Of a DNA stretch of 64,000 nucleotides, positions 41,703-49,906 are shown in pieces. Under the pieces are notes generated by a model. It did no database searches. It was not told the DNA's origin and worked only from the letters and a program-made list of their open reading frames with translations. The DNA is taken from positions 8,671 through 72,670 of IMG/VR virus record IMGVR_UViG_3300028115_001726. The stretch is one strand, 5' to 3'. How positions within the stretch are numbered: the stretch's first letter is position 1; every line of letters starts with the position of its first letter. Source of the stretch: a virus. The position numbers and the translations under genes were made by a program.

Positions 41703-42384
41703 TGATAATACCCCATTCACGTTCTTTACACCAAAAACATTCATTACAGTATGGAACTCTTTGATAGGGTTTGTATGTTGTATAGTCTAGCCCTTCAAAT
41801 TCGCCTTCACAACTACGTGTTATTTCCAATAGTTCGCCAATTTCATTATCAACATATTGCTTGATTATCCAATTTTTGCGTACTACACTAAATGGATGAC
41901 AAACTGTTACACCCATATGTTCTGTTTCAATAGGTAGTCTAGCATATTCTCTATCCTCAGGAGCACCTTCAAACTTTTCATCTGGATTTAGGGTAACAGC
42001 AGCATACCATGCGTCAAGTTTGTGTAAATGTGCTATGTATTCATTGTGAGCTCGTAGTATAATTCTGTTTCCGGGCTTGTTTTGCCCATACTCGTCTGTA
42101 ATATGTGTTGTGTGTGGCTCTTCCATCTCTGGCGGTATAAAGCCTTCTATGTGTTCGATACGATTGTTAAACTTTTCACGGAACCAACTTACCACATCTC
42201 TAGCAATCCAACGTTGCCAAGGGCGTGTTTTCCACATACGCACCTGTGTGGTAAAGTAGATATCAGCATTTGTGTTACTCAACACAAAGTAAGCCAGCAA
42301 AGCACTGTCAGCACCGCCACTTAGACTAATGCCAATACGTTTCCATTCTTTTTGTAGTGGTATTGTTACGCCATCGATTACCAT
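41689..42384 (-). CDS. QueC-like PP-loop ATP pyrophosphatase
   Basis: ISLSGGADS PP-loop; C-terminal TRSC...CNECFWCKER Zn-site pattern; 231 aa. Confidence 0.7.
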   Translation of the reverse strand: MVIDGVTIPLQKEWKRIGISLSGGADSALLAYFVLSNTNADIYFTTQVRMWKTRPWQRWIARDVVSWFREKFNNRIEHIEGFIPPEMEEPHTTHITDEYGQNKPGNRIILRAHNEYIAHLHKLDAWYAAVTLNPDEKFEGAPEDREYARLPIETEHMGVTVCHPFSVVRKNWIIKQYVDNEIGELLEITRSCEGEFEGLDYTTYKPYQRVPYCNECFWCKEREWGIINASK

Positions 42385-42389
42385 AATAT

Positions 42390-42417
42390 ATTATAACACA
42401 GTTTAGTAATGTGTCAA
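42390..42417 (-). promoter_or_regulatory. Sigma70-type promoter with extended -10, leaderless
   Basis: Minus strand TTGACA, 16 nt spacer ending TGT, TATAAT, 5 nt, ATG(42384). Confidence 0.7.
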
Positions 42418-43209
42418 GTGTCCTATTCCTATGCGTTCTTTGAATTCTTGTGTGAATTTACAATCAATACGCAATCCATATTCTTGTTCCATACTATGCT
42501 CACCGCCATGCCAGTCTTGGTCGTTGAAAAAACAAGCATGAGAATTTACATAATGCTTGCGTTTGTGCTCTGGATCCCAAATATAAAAGCCACGCTTGGT
42601 GTTTGGACGTATATGAATAAACTCAATATTGTGATCAGTATAGTCTTTTACTTCTGGATCTAAATCTCTATGCTCAAAGGGCCTACTACTTGCTTCACTT
42701 ACAAAAAACATGACTCTACCTACGTGTTCTACAATTGATTGTTCCTTTAGTTGTGCTATCCAATCCATAACGCCTGGAAAGTAGGCACTTTCGTCTGTTG
42801 CGGCTCTTTGTTCCAAACCTCTGTCTTTCATATTGGTGCCTTCTTCTTGTAAAACATAGTAAGTGTATGGATCGTGTGCGCCCATAGCACTTTTTAAATA
42901 TCTTACAAATTGATTACGTTCTATATAGTTGGTAAAATCTTTAGGAAATATTTTATCACCTTCAATACGTATCGGATTATTTGGTTCTAATGCTTGATAT
43001 TCTTCATAGGCTTTGTATACTGGCTTCCAGTTGCCTATATAGCTCATGTCTTTTAAATCAAATCCTGCTGGCATCCATGTGCCTTCTTTGGCAAATAGTC
43101 GTGCTTGAGCCATACCTCTACATATTTCCGCATTTAATTTTTTAAAACCGTCTATATCTAAAAAAGGATCTAGGTCAATGTAAGGTAAGTTTTCGAAACC
43201 TCGTATCAT
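42403..43209 (-). CDS. Cupin / Fe(II)-2OG oxygenase-like protein
   Basis: GRVMFF...FEHRD (HxD)...DWHGG...LRID. Confidence 0.55.
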   Translation of the reverse strand: MIRGFENLPYIDLDPFLDIDGFKKLNAEICRGMAQARLFAKEGTWMPAGFDLKDMSYIGNWKPVYKAYEEYQALEPNNPIRIEGDKIFPKDFTNYIERNQFVRYLKSAMGAHDPYTYYVLQEEGTNMKDRGLEQRAATDESAYFPGVMDWIAQLKEQSIVEHVGRVMFFVSEASSRPFEHRDLDPEVKDYTDHNIEFIHIRPNTKRGFYIWDPEHKRKHYVNSHACFFNDQDWHGGEHSMEQEYGLRIDCKFTQEFKERIGIGHLTHY

Positions 43210-43235
43210 ACAACTACTTATATATTAAATACAGT
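43210..43235. promoter_or_regulatory. Divergent leaderless late promoters
   Basis: Minus strand TAAGTA-N5-ATG(43209); plus strand TAAATA(43226-43231)-N4-ATG(43236). Confidence 0.6.
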
Positions 43236-43892
43236 ATGATTAGTAACACTGAATACAAAATTAGTCTTGAAGAAGTACAACAAGCATTTGAGTTGTGTAA
43301 AACAATGGAAGGTAAAACAGTTTTAAATAAACCTACTGGAGATTTCTTTTATGATTCTTGGGAAATACTGCCTGAGTATAAAGATACTATATTTGAAAAA
43401 CTATTATTACCTTTAAAAAATACCGGTGAAGCAAGAATTGTTAAACAAGAGTCTGGTACGTGCTATTTTGCCCATAGTGATATTGATAATAGATATCATT
43501 TAAACATATCAGGCGACAATGCAGCTCTTATTGATTTACACAATAATCATATGTATCCATTAGAAGCAGATGGCAAATACTATTTAATGGATGCTGGTCG
43601 CAATCATAGTGCTGCTAATTTTGGACAATACCCAAGATATCAATTAGTTGTACGTTGTTTGTTAAAACGTAGCGATTGGGTAACAGATCCAGTTGAAATT
43701 GTAGCCGGAGGAGAAAATCCACGTTTTGTTTTTGACAAATACATTTCACCATTGTTAAATGAAATTAATTTACGCCAAGCAATGAATAATTTTGAAATTA
43801 CTTCAACAGGTGTCAAATTTTTAACAAATTCTTTTTGGATTAATCATTTAGTTGATGTTATGCCAGATAAATTTTCTTTGCTTTATCAATAA
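43236..43892 (+). CDS. Asp/Asn beta-hydroxylase-like Fe(II)/2OG oxygenase
   Basis: ARIVKQESGTCYFAHSD (HxD)...RYHLNI...HSAANFGQYPRYQLVV. Confidence 0.65.
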   Translation: MISNTEYKISLEEVQQAFELCKTMEGKTVLNKPTGDFFYDSWEILPEYKDTIFEKLLLPLKNTGEARIVKQESGTCYFAHSDIDNRYHLNISGDNAALIDLHNNHMYPLEADGKYYLMDAGRNHSAANFGQYPRYQLVVRCLLKRSDWVTDPVEIVAGGENPRFVFDKYISPLLNEINLRQAMNNFEITSTGVKFLTNSFWINHLVDVMPDKFSLLYQ

Positions 43893-44526
43893 AATCACTA
43901 GGATAATCTCCGCTAAAATTATCTAAAACTACGCCTCCATAAAACTTAAACGAAAATGTTTTACTTGGATCTATTCCGTTAGAATTTAAATATTCAAAAA
44001 GTTTTGCTTGTCTATCTTTGCTAATATGATCAAGTACACTTTCTATACTAACTTCTTGTTCTTCATCGCTGTAGCAGAAAAAATGATTAACAGTTCTTAA
44101 CTGTCCGTCTATAATAAAAAAACTACTCGGATGTAAACTGTATTTCCAAATGCCTTTATTTCTATAGTCTTGTAATATAGTAAGCATTTGTTCTTGCCAG
44201 TCTGGCAATACTTTGGCAAAGTTACGGTAGTCGCAATCCGCAAGTTGCCAAAAATCATCATCTTCTATATTAAAAATAATTCTACGTTTTACACTATCTA
44301 GTTCTTTAACATCAAGTGTATGTGGTGCTTCTAATGTATACTTGAATTCTCTACGCCATTTTTCGTTTAGAACACTTTGAGGCAAACATTCGTTTTTGTG
44401 ATAGGTTTGGTCTACTGTGTAATGAACACTAAACAGATTATTTTGTCTGTCTATCTTGCTTGTATATACAAGATTATTTCTACACAGGCCTTTGCCTGGC
44501 ACTGTGTTGTAATAATATTCAAACAT
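43858..44526 (-). CDS. Protein-kinase-like fold protein with degenerate catalytic motifs (possible pseudokinase)
   Basis: WRREFKY; GIWKYSLHPSSFFIIDGQLRTVNHF aligns by eye to GxxHxDLHPxN...DG...IDF; TAATG-coupled to the upstream fibre gene. Confidence 0.45.
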   Translation of the reverse strand: MFEYYYNTVPGKGLCRNNLVYTSKIDRQNNLFSVHYTVDQTYHKNECLPQSVLNEKWRREFKYTLEAPHTLDVKELDSVKRRIIFNIEDDDFWQLADCDYRNFAKVLPDWQEQMLTILQDYRNKGIWKYSLHPSSFFIIDGQLRTVNHFFCYSDEEQEVSIESVLDHISKDRQAKLFEYLNSNGIDPSKTFSFKFYGGVVLDNFSGDYPSDFIDKAKKIYLA

Positions 44527-46328
44527 TAGCTGTAAAGCGGGATAAATTTAGTTTCGCCGTTAACAGTTGCTTGTAACCAACTATCAGGCGTACTAGTGTT
44601 GCTTGGTGTTACCCCTGTTTCTCCATGAACTTTAAATTCTTTTAATTCGGTTGAAAGCTGACCGTTTGCGTCAAACTTCATATAATTTGTTCCATATGTC
44701 GGCGATTGGGTAACAAACCAAAGTTCTCCCGGGCATCCTCTATGCTCTCCGGCATTTAAATCAAATTCAGCATCATCTGGAATGTATCCATACATACCAG
44801 CAACAGCAACCATTTTTTCTTCATCGTCAGGATCTTCTGTGCTATCTTCAAAATTTTCATTAATTTTAATAGCACCTACCCATGCTACTGCTGGTAGTTT
44901 TGTTCCTGCTGAAATTGGGTTTGGATCCAGCCATGATCCGCCAATTGCTTCTAATCTGATACCTTGTTGAAACCAATCAGGAATATTGTTTGGTTGTTGT
45001 TCTCTAAAAAATCTTCCTGTAAATGCTGGATTACTATACGCAGATTGGACATTTACTAATACACCATCTTGGTCTACAACTACAGCATCTAAGTCAATAG
45101 CAGTTGCTACTACGTTATCACTATACAAAGTTTTTGTTGAAATAACATTTTGTAAAGGATCAAAAACTTCTAAGTTGTTATTATCATAGATATAGCCATT
45201 AAAAGATGTATTAGATATGTGTCCTAATGTACTATCGTACATCATTAATCCATCAGAATCGTAAATATTACCTCTAAGCGATCCAGCAAGATTACCGCTA
45301 ATATTGTTTGTTACAATACTCTCCATAGTTAATGTTCTTGTGTTAATATTTAAAACTATATCATCGTCTACATCTATAATATTACCTTTGAGTGTGGCAG
45401 TGATAGGAAAGCTGAATACTCCTGTTGAGGAATTAAATATATCACTTCCGTCTGTATTTTGAATATGTCCAACTAAATTTCCATGTAGATTAGTTGAATG
45501 CAAAATATTATCATATTTGTTGTATATAGAAACACCGTCAGCGTTTTCTATATTACCAACTAATGTACCATAAAACTTTCTTTCTGAGTTAGATAAAATA
45601 ACTTCACCGTCGTTACTAACAATATTGCCAACAAGTTTTCCAGTGAGAGTTTGTGTTTCATGATCTAACACAACTTGTCCTGCTGGATTAGTAATATCTC
45701 CATTTAGTTTTCCAAAGAACATTTTTTCTGAATGTTCAATTAGAGTTGATCCGTCACTTGCTAAAATATTTCCTTTAAAGTATCCTTGAAATAATCCGCT
45801 ATCTCTTGAATAACGGGTATTACCATCGTTATCTAACAAATCGGCAAGCACAGTTCTATCATCTGTATCAACTATTGTTAAGCCACCAGTGCTGTTCAAG
45901 TTACCAGTTGATTCAAAAGTTACTGCTCCGTTTCCAGTGCTATCAAAAACTACTTCATTGTTTTCGTTGCGTAATGTACCAACAAATCTTCCTGTAAATG
46001 TATTAGTGGATTTATCATAGGCTTTTACAGTATCATTATAATATAAATCTGAATGAAGAGGAATGTAAACTCCTGATGTATCAATTAATCTGTTATCGTA
46101 TTGGTCTACAAATTCGCCTTGTAAATTACCTGAAACTTTGCCAGTCAAGTTACCTGTGACATCTCCTGTAACATTGCCAACCAAAGTTCTTGTTTCACTA
46201 TCTAGTAAAACAGTGTTGTCAGAACCGATAACGTTTGCTCTCAAGACTCCTTGCTGACTATCTATAATAATAGAACTGTCGGATCCTACAATATCAATTC
46301 TGTATTGACCGCCTTCGTATAATTCCAT
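44526..46328 (-). CDS. Repeat-rich fibre-like virion protein
   Basis: About 13 imperfect ~24-aa repeats (xLxGNIxxxDGxxxxxxxxxxFxG); C-terminal WLQATVNGETKFIPLYS; upstream ATAAATA box and AGGAG SD. Confidence 0.6.
   Translation of the reverse strand: MELYEGGQYRIDIVGSDSSIIIDSQQGVLRANVIGSDNTVLLDSETRTLVGNVTGDVTGNLTGKVSGNLQGEFVDQYDNRLIDTSGVYIPLHSDLYYNDTVKAYDKSTNTFTGRFVGTLRNENNEVVFDSTGNGAVTFESTGNLNSTGGLTIVDTDDRTVLADLLDNDGNTRYSRDSGLFQGYFKGNILASDGSTLIEHSEKMFFGKLNGDITNPAGQVVLDHETQTLTGKLVGNIVSNDGEVILSNSERKFYGTLVGNIENADGVSIYNKYDNILHSTNLHGNLVGHIQNTDGSDIFNSSTGVFSFPITATLKGNIIDVDDDIVLNINTRTLTMESIVTNNISGNLAGSLRGNIYDSDGLMMYDSTLGHISNTSFNGYIYDNNNLEVFDPLQNVISTKTLYSDNVVATAIDLDAVVVDQDGVLVNVQSAYSNPAFTGRFFREQQPNNIPDWFQQGIRLEAIGGSWLDPNPISAGTKLPAVAWVGAIKINENFEDSTEDPDDEEKMVAVAGMYGYIPDDAEFDLNAGEHRGCPGELWFVTQSPTYGTNYMKFDANGQLSTELKEFKVHGETGVTPSNTSTPDSWLQATVNGETKFIPLYS
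45170..46250 (-). repeat. Protein-level tandem repeat region (~24-aa unit), boundaries approximate
   Basis: e.g. YFKGNILASDGSTLIEHSEKMFFG / KLNGDITNPAGQVVLDHETQTLTG / KLVGNIVSNDGEVILSNSERKFYG. Confidence 0.75.
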
Positions 46329-46345
46329 ACTAATCTCCTATACTA

Positions 46346-46352
46346 TATTTAT
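46346..46352 (-). promoter_or_regulatory. T4-like late promoter box for the fibre-like gene
   Basis: Minus strand GATAAATA-tagtat-AGGAG-attagt-ATG(46328). Confidence 0.6.
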
Positions 46353-46366
46353 CGGTCAGATAGCGA

Positions 46367-46395
46367 TTGACAGATATTTTTTGATGCTATATAAT
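46367..46395 (+). promoter_or_regulatory. Perfect sigma70 consensus promoter, leaderless
   Basis: TTGACA (46367-46372), 17 nt spacer, TATAAT (46390-46395), 6 nt, ATG (46402). Confidence 0.8.
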
Positions 46396-46401
46396 AGTAA
46401 C

Positions 46402-47724
46402 ATGTACGATATCATTTTTGTTGGCGACAATATTGAGCAATACAACAAACTTAAAAACAAGTTTTTAATCGTAAAAAAAGCAAAAGACGTAAACGAAGCA
46501 AAAAAAATTGCGTTTACAAAATTCTTTTGGGTAGTTCATGATGACTTAGACATAAGTGACAATTTTAATTTTGATTATGTTCCTGATGAATGGAGTCAAG
46601 ACATTGTACATGTATTTCTAAATAGTACTTATTATGATGGTATTGCCTTAATACCAAAATCTATAAATGTAAATCCAAAAGAATTATCTCATAGGTTTTT
46701 TGTTGCTCATAAAAAAGTTGAAGTAGTAGCCAGTACACCATTGCCGTATAAAAAATATAATGTCAAAACATACGATGATTATATATTTGCTTTAGAAAAC
46801 ACTAATACAGATATGTTCTGGATAATACCTGATTATGTAAATCCAACTGATAGATTTAAGTTTGATACCTATTTTAGTCATCATAATGCTTATGATAGAA
46901 ATATTAATCATGTGTATTTAAATGGCAAATATCACGATGGTATTGTGTTGTGTAGTAAACATTCTCGTTTTAGTAAAAAAGAATTTGAATATAAATTTAT
47001 ATCCCATAAAAAAGAAGTCGATATACCTATTAGTACACCCAAACCTTATGATATAGTTTTTATTAGTTATAAAGAACCAAACGCAGACAAAAATTATCAA
47101 CGTTTACTCAAAAGATTTCCAAACGCAAAACGTGTACATGGTGTTAAAGGAATACACCAAGCACATATTGAAGGTGCTAAACAATGTTCTTCTGAAATGT
47201 TTTGGATTGTTGATGGTGACGCTATTGTACTTGATGATTTTAAGTTTAACTATCAATGTGCGCAATGGGATAAAGATGTTGTACACGTATGGCGAAGTAT
47301 GAATCCTATAAACGATTTGATCTATGGATACGGTGGTGTAAAACTATTTCCAACTCAAAAAACAATTGATATGGATTTAAGCAAGCCTGATATGACAACT
47401 AGTATAAGTAGTAAATTTAAAGCTGTAGGTGAATTAAGTGTTATCACAGGATTTAATACAGGAGAATTTGAAACATGGAAAAGTGCTTTTAGAGAATGTT
47501 GTAAACTTAGTAGTAAAATAATTGACAGACAAAGAGACGACGAAACACAAGAACGTCTAAATATATGGACTACTGTTGGCGCAGAACGTAAATACGGCAA
47601 CTATTCTATTATAGGAGCTAAAGCTGGTAAAGAATATGGCGAAAAACATGCTGGAGATATTGAAGCACTTAGAAAAATCAATGACTTTGATTGGTTAGAG
47701 GAGAAATTTAATGAAACCACCTAG
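46402..47724 (+). CDS. Triplicated GT-A-like glycosyltransferase protein
   Basis: Three units (FFWVVHDD / MFWIIPDY / MFWIVDGD, each followed by FxFD/N...HV); the third is homologous to 15606..16538. Start reassigned to ATG 46402. Confidence 0.6.
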   Translation: MYDIIFVGDNIEQYNKLKNKFLIVKKAKDVNEAKKIAFTKFFWVVHDDLDISDNFNFDYVPDEWSQDIVHVFLNSTYYDGIALIPKSINVNPKELSHRFFVAHKKVEVVASTPLPYKKYNVKTYDDYIFALENTNTDMFWIIPDYVNPTDRFKFDTYFSHHNAYDRNINHVYLNGKYHDGIVLCSKHSRFSKKEFEYKFISHKKEVDIPISTPKPYDIVFISYKEPNADKNYQRLLKRFPNAKRVHGVKGIHQAHIEGAKQCSSEMFWIVDGDAIVLDDFKFNYQCAQWDKDVVHVWRSMNPINDLIYGYGGVKLFPTQKTIDMDLSKPDMTTSISSKFKAVGELSVITGFNTGEFETWKSAFRECCKLSSKIIDRQRDDETQERLNIWTTVGAERKYGNYSIIGAKAGKEYGEKHAGDIEALRKINDFDWLEEKFNETT

Positions 47725-48610
47725 TTGGTTATACGGTTTACAAGATTATTTTGATTTTGAAGACGACTTTGTAGCAAAATTATTTGTAGATCAACTTATT
47801 AGTGTATATTTTAGTGATAACAAAGCTAATAGTGTAAAAAACCTTTGTTTAGCAGATTCTGGCGATCCTAATGAAAAATTACCTAGGTTTAATTTTTATT
47901 TCAAATTGTTGGATGAAAACCCAATTGACTTTGTAGAAACTGTTAGTATCATGCGCAAAAGACTTACAGATGTTCCACTGCTCGATTACTTTCATAAATA
48001 TGGACGCAGAGGTTATAACCAAAAGTTTTTAGAAGATGCCTTTAGCAGAGGACAAGTTAGCAGTAAAATTTGGTTAGCAAAAGAACTGAAGAAAATATCT
48101 AACAAATACGATAATATTTTGCTTTGTGCTGGATGGATGGGGCAAGCTACTTTGTATTTTGATGCTTGTGGCATTGAATATGATAACATTAGAAATATAG
48201 ATCTTGACGTAGATGCTTGTGATATTAGCGATCATATTTTTAACATGGATAAGATTGAAGGGTGGCGTATGGTCGCAAGCAACAGTGATATTAATGATCT
48301 AGTACACTACAATGATCATTGTGTTGTGCCTTTGGTTACAGGCGACGGTAGAAATATTGACACAAGATTTGAGCCTGACTTAATTGTAAACACTAGTTCA
48401 GAACACATGGACGAAAGTTGGTTTTACAATATCAAGATAGATGCTATAGTTGCTATTCAAAGCAATAACTTATTAGATGTTAAAGAACATGTTAACTGTG
48501 TCACAAGTATAGATGCCATGAAAAAGAAATTTAAATTATCTGAAATTTTATACGAAGGCGAAATACAACTACCAGGATATAAAAGATTTATGTTGATTGG
48601 ACGCAAGTAA
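47711..48610 (+). CDS. Class I SAM methyltransferase-like protein with N-terminal extension
   Basis: AFSRGQVSSKIWL, LLCAGWMG, NIDLD, LIVNTSSEH, YKRFMLIGRK; paralog of 30783..31385. Confidence 0.65.
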   Translation: MKPPSWLYGLQDYFDFEDDFVAKLFVDQLISVYFSDNKANSVKNLCLADSGDPNEKLPRFNFYFKLLDENPIDFVETVSIMRKRLTDVPLLDYFHKYGRRGYNQKFLEDAFSRGQVSSKIWLAKELKKISNKYDNILLCAGWMGQATLYFDACGIEYDNIRNIDLDVDACDISDHIFNMDKIEGWRMVASNSDINDLVHYNDHCVVPLVTGDGRNIDTRFEPDLIVNTSSEHMDESWFYNIKIDAIVAIQSNNLLDVKEHVNCVTSIDAMKKKFKLSEILYEGEIQLPGYKRFMLIGRK

Positions 48611-48834
48611 TGGATTTGTCAACTTTAAGTACTAGAGAATTACAACTAGAAAGTGCTAGAGCATTAAGCACGATAGAAGCAACTAATAATAATATTTGGC
48701 AGTTTAATAAAGCAGCACATCATAATAGTTGGAACTGGTATTGTGCTGTAATACATTGGTATATCGATCAATATGGTGATTTGCCTAGTAAAGCAGGCCC
48801 CGGTAAGGATGTAAAGTTAGTATACGATGTATAA
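48610..48834 (+). CDS. Small hypothetical protein (74 aa, aromatic-rich)
   Basis: TAATG coupling upstream and 8-nt overlap downstream; fills the gap exactly. Confidence 0.7.
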   Translation: MDLSTLSTRELQLESARALSTIEATNNNIWQFNKAAHHNSWNWYCAVIHWYIDQYGDLPSKAGPGKDVKLVYDV

Positions 48835-49906
48835 GTATGAAGATGTACGTGTTATTCATTTAGAAAACACACAGAACTGTCAAGCAAGTTGTCCTATGTG
48901 TGATAGGAACCAAAACGGTGGAGATATAAATCCGCATATTGATTTAAGTGAACTAACCTTAGAAGATTGTAAGCGCATCTTTGAGCCAGAGTTTATTGCT
49001 CAACTAAAAACAATGTACATGTGCGGCAATTTAGGAGATCCTATTGTTGCTAAAGATACGCTAGAAATTTTTAAATATTTTAGAGAACACAACAAAGATA
49101 TGTGGCTCAGCATGAATACAAACGCAGGAGCAAGAGATGAAGCATGGTGGGCTGAATTGGCCAAAATCTACGGCAGGATGGGTACTGTTATTTTTAGCGT
49201 GGATGGTCTTAGGGATACTAATCACTTATACAGGCAGGGTGTTGTTTGGGACAACGTAGAAAGAGCTATGAAAAGTTTTATTGCTGCTGGAGGTAGAGCA
49301 AGATGGGACTTTCTAATATTTGAACACAATCAACATCAAGTTGAAGAAGCAGAAGAAATAAGCAAACTAATGGGCTTTGAAAGATTTCAAGCAAAAAAGA
49401 CTGGAAGATTTGTAACAGCAAAAAGCGAAAATAAAGAATCACACCAAGCAGTCAATCGCAAAGGCGAAAAAACAACAGAACTTAAAAAGCCAGAAAAAAA
49501 GTATCAAAATAAAGCATTAAGCAAACAAGATGTGCTTATACAAAAATACGGATCGATGGATGCTTACTATGATGTAGTTCCAGTCAATTGTAAAGTAAAA
49601 GAGGAAGGTAGTTTGTTTATTACAGCAGAAGGGCTTGCTATGCCATGTTGTTGGACTGCTGGACGTATGTACAAATGGTGGCATAAAAATCCTATGGTAG
49701 AACAAGTATGGGATTTTATTGAACGTTCTGGCGGCAAAGACGCAATTAGTGCTAAAAAACATGGACTCAAAGCAGTTTTTGATACAGGACTATTTGACGA
49801 AATTGAAGATAGTTGGAATCAACCTAGCTGTGGAAACGGAAAACTAAAAGTTTGTTCAATGAAATGCGGCAAAGAATTTGATCCTTTTGGAGAACAATTT
49901 AAGTGA
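48827..49906 (+). CDS. Radical SAM enzyme, class C
   Basis: CQASCPMC, CGNLGDP; C-terminal C...PCC...CSMKC. Confidence 0.85.
   Translation: MYKYEDVRVIHLENTQNCQASCPMCDRNQNGGDINPHIDLSELTLEDCKRIFEPEFIAQLKTMYMCGNLGDPIVAKDTLEIFKYFREHNKDMWLSMNTNAGARDEAWWAELAKIYGRMGTVIFSVDGLRDTNHLYRQGVVWDNVERAMKSFIAAGGRARWDFLIFEHNQHQVEEAEEISKLMGFERFQAKKTGRFVTAKSENKESHQAVNRKGEKTTELKKPEKKYQNKALSKQDVLIQKYGSMDAYYDVVPVNCKVKEEGSLFITAEGLAMPCCWTAGRMYKWWHKNPMVEQVWDFIERSGGKDAISAKKHGLKAVFDTGLFDEIEDSWNQPSCGNGKLKVCSMKCGKEFDPFGEQFK

Noticed and set aside
41689-42384. Complete 7-deazaguanine DNA-modification system
   Set aside because: Only a QueC-like gene is present. FolE, QueD and DpdA were not recognised and no rSAM is clearly QueE. 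It cannot be excluded outside the window.
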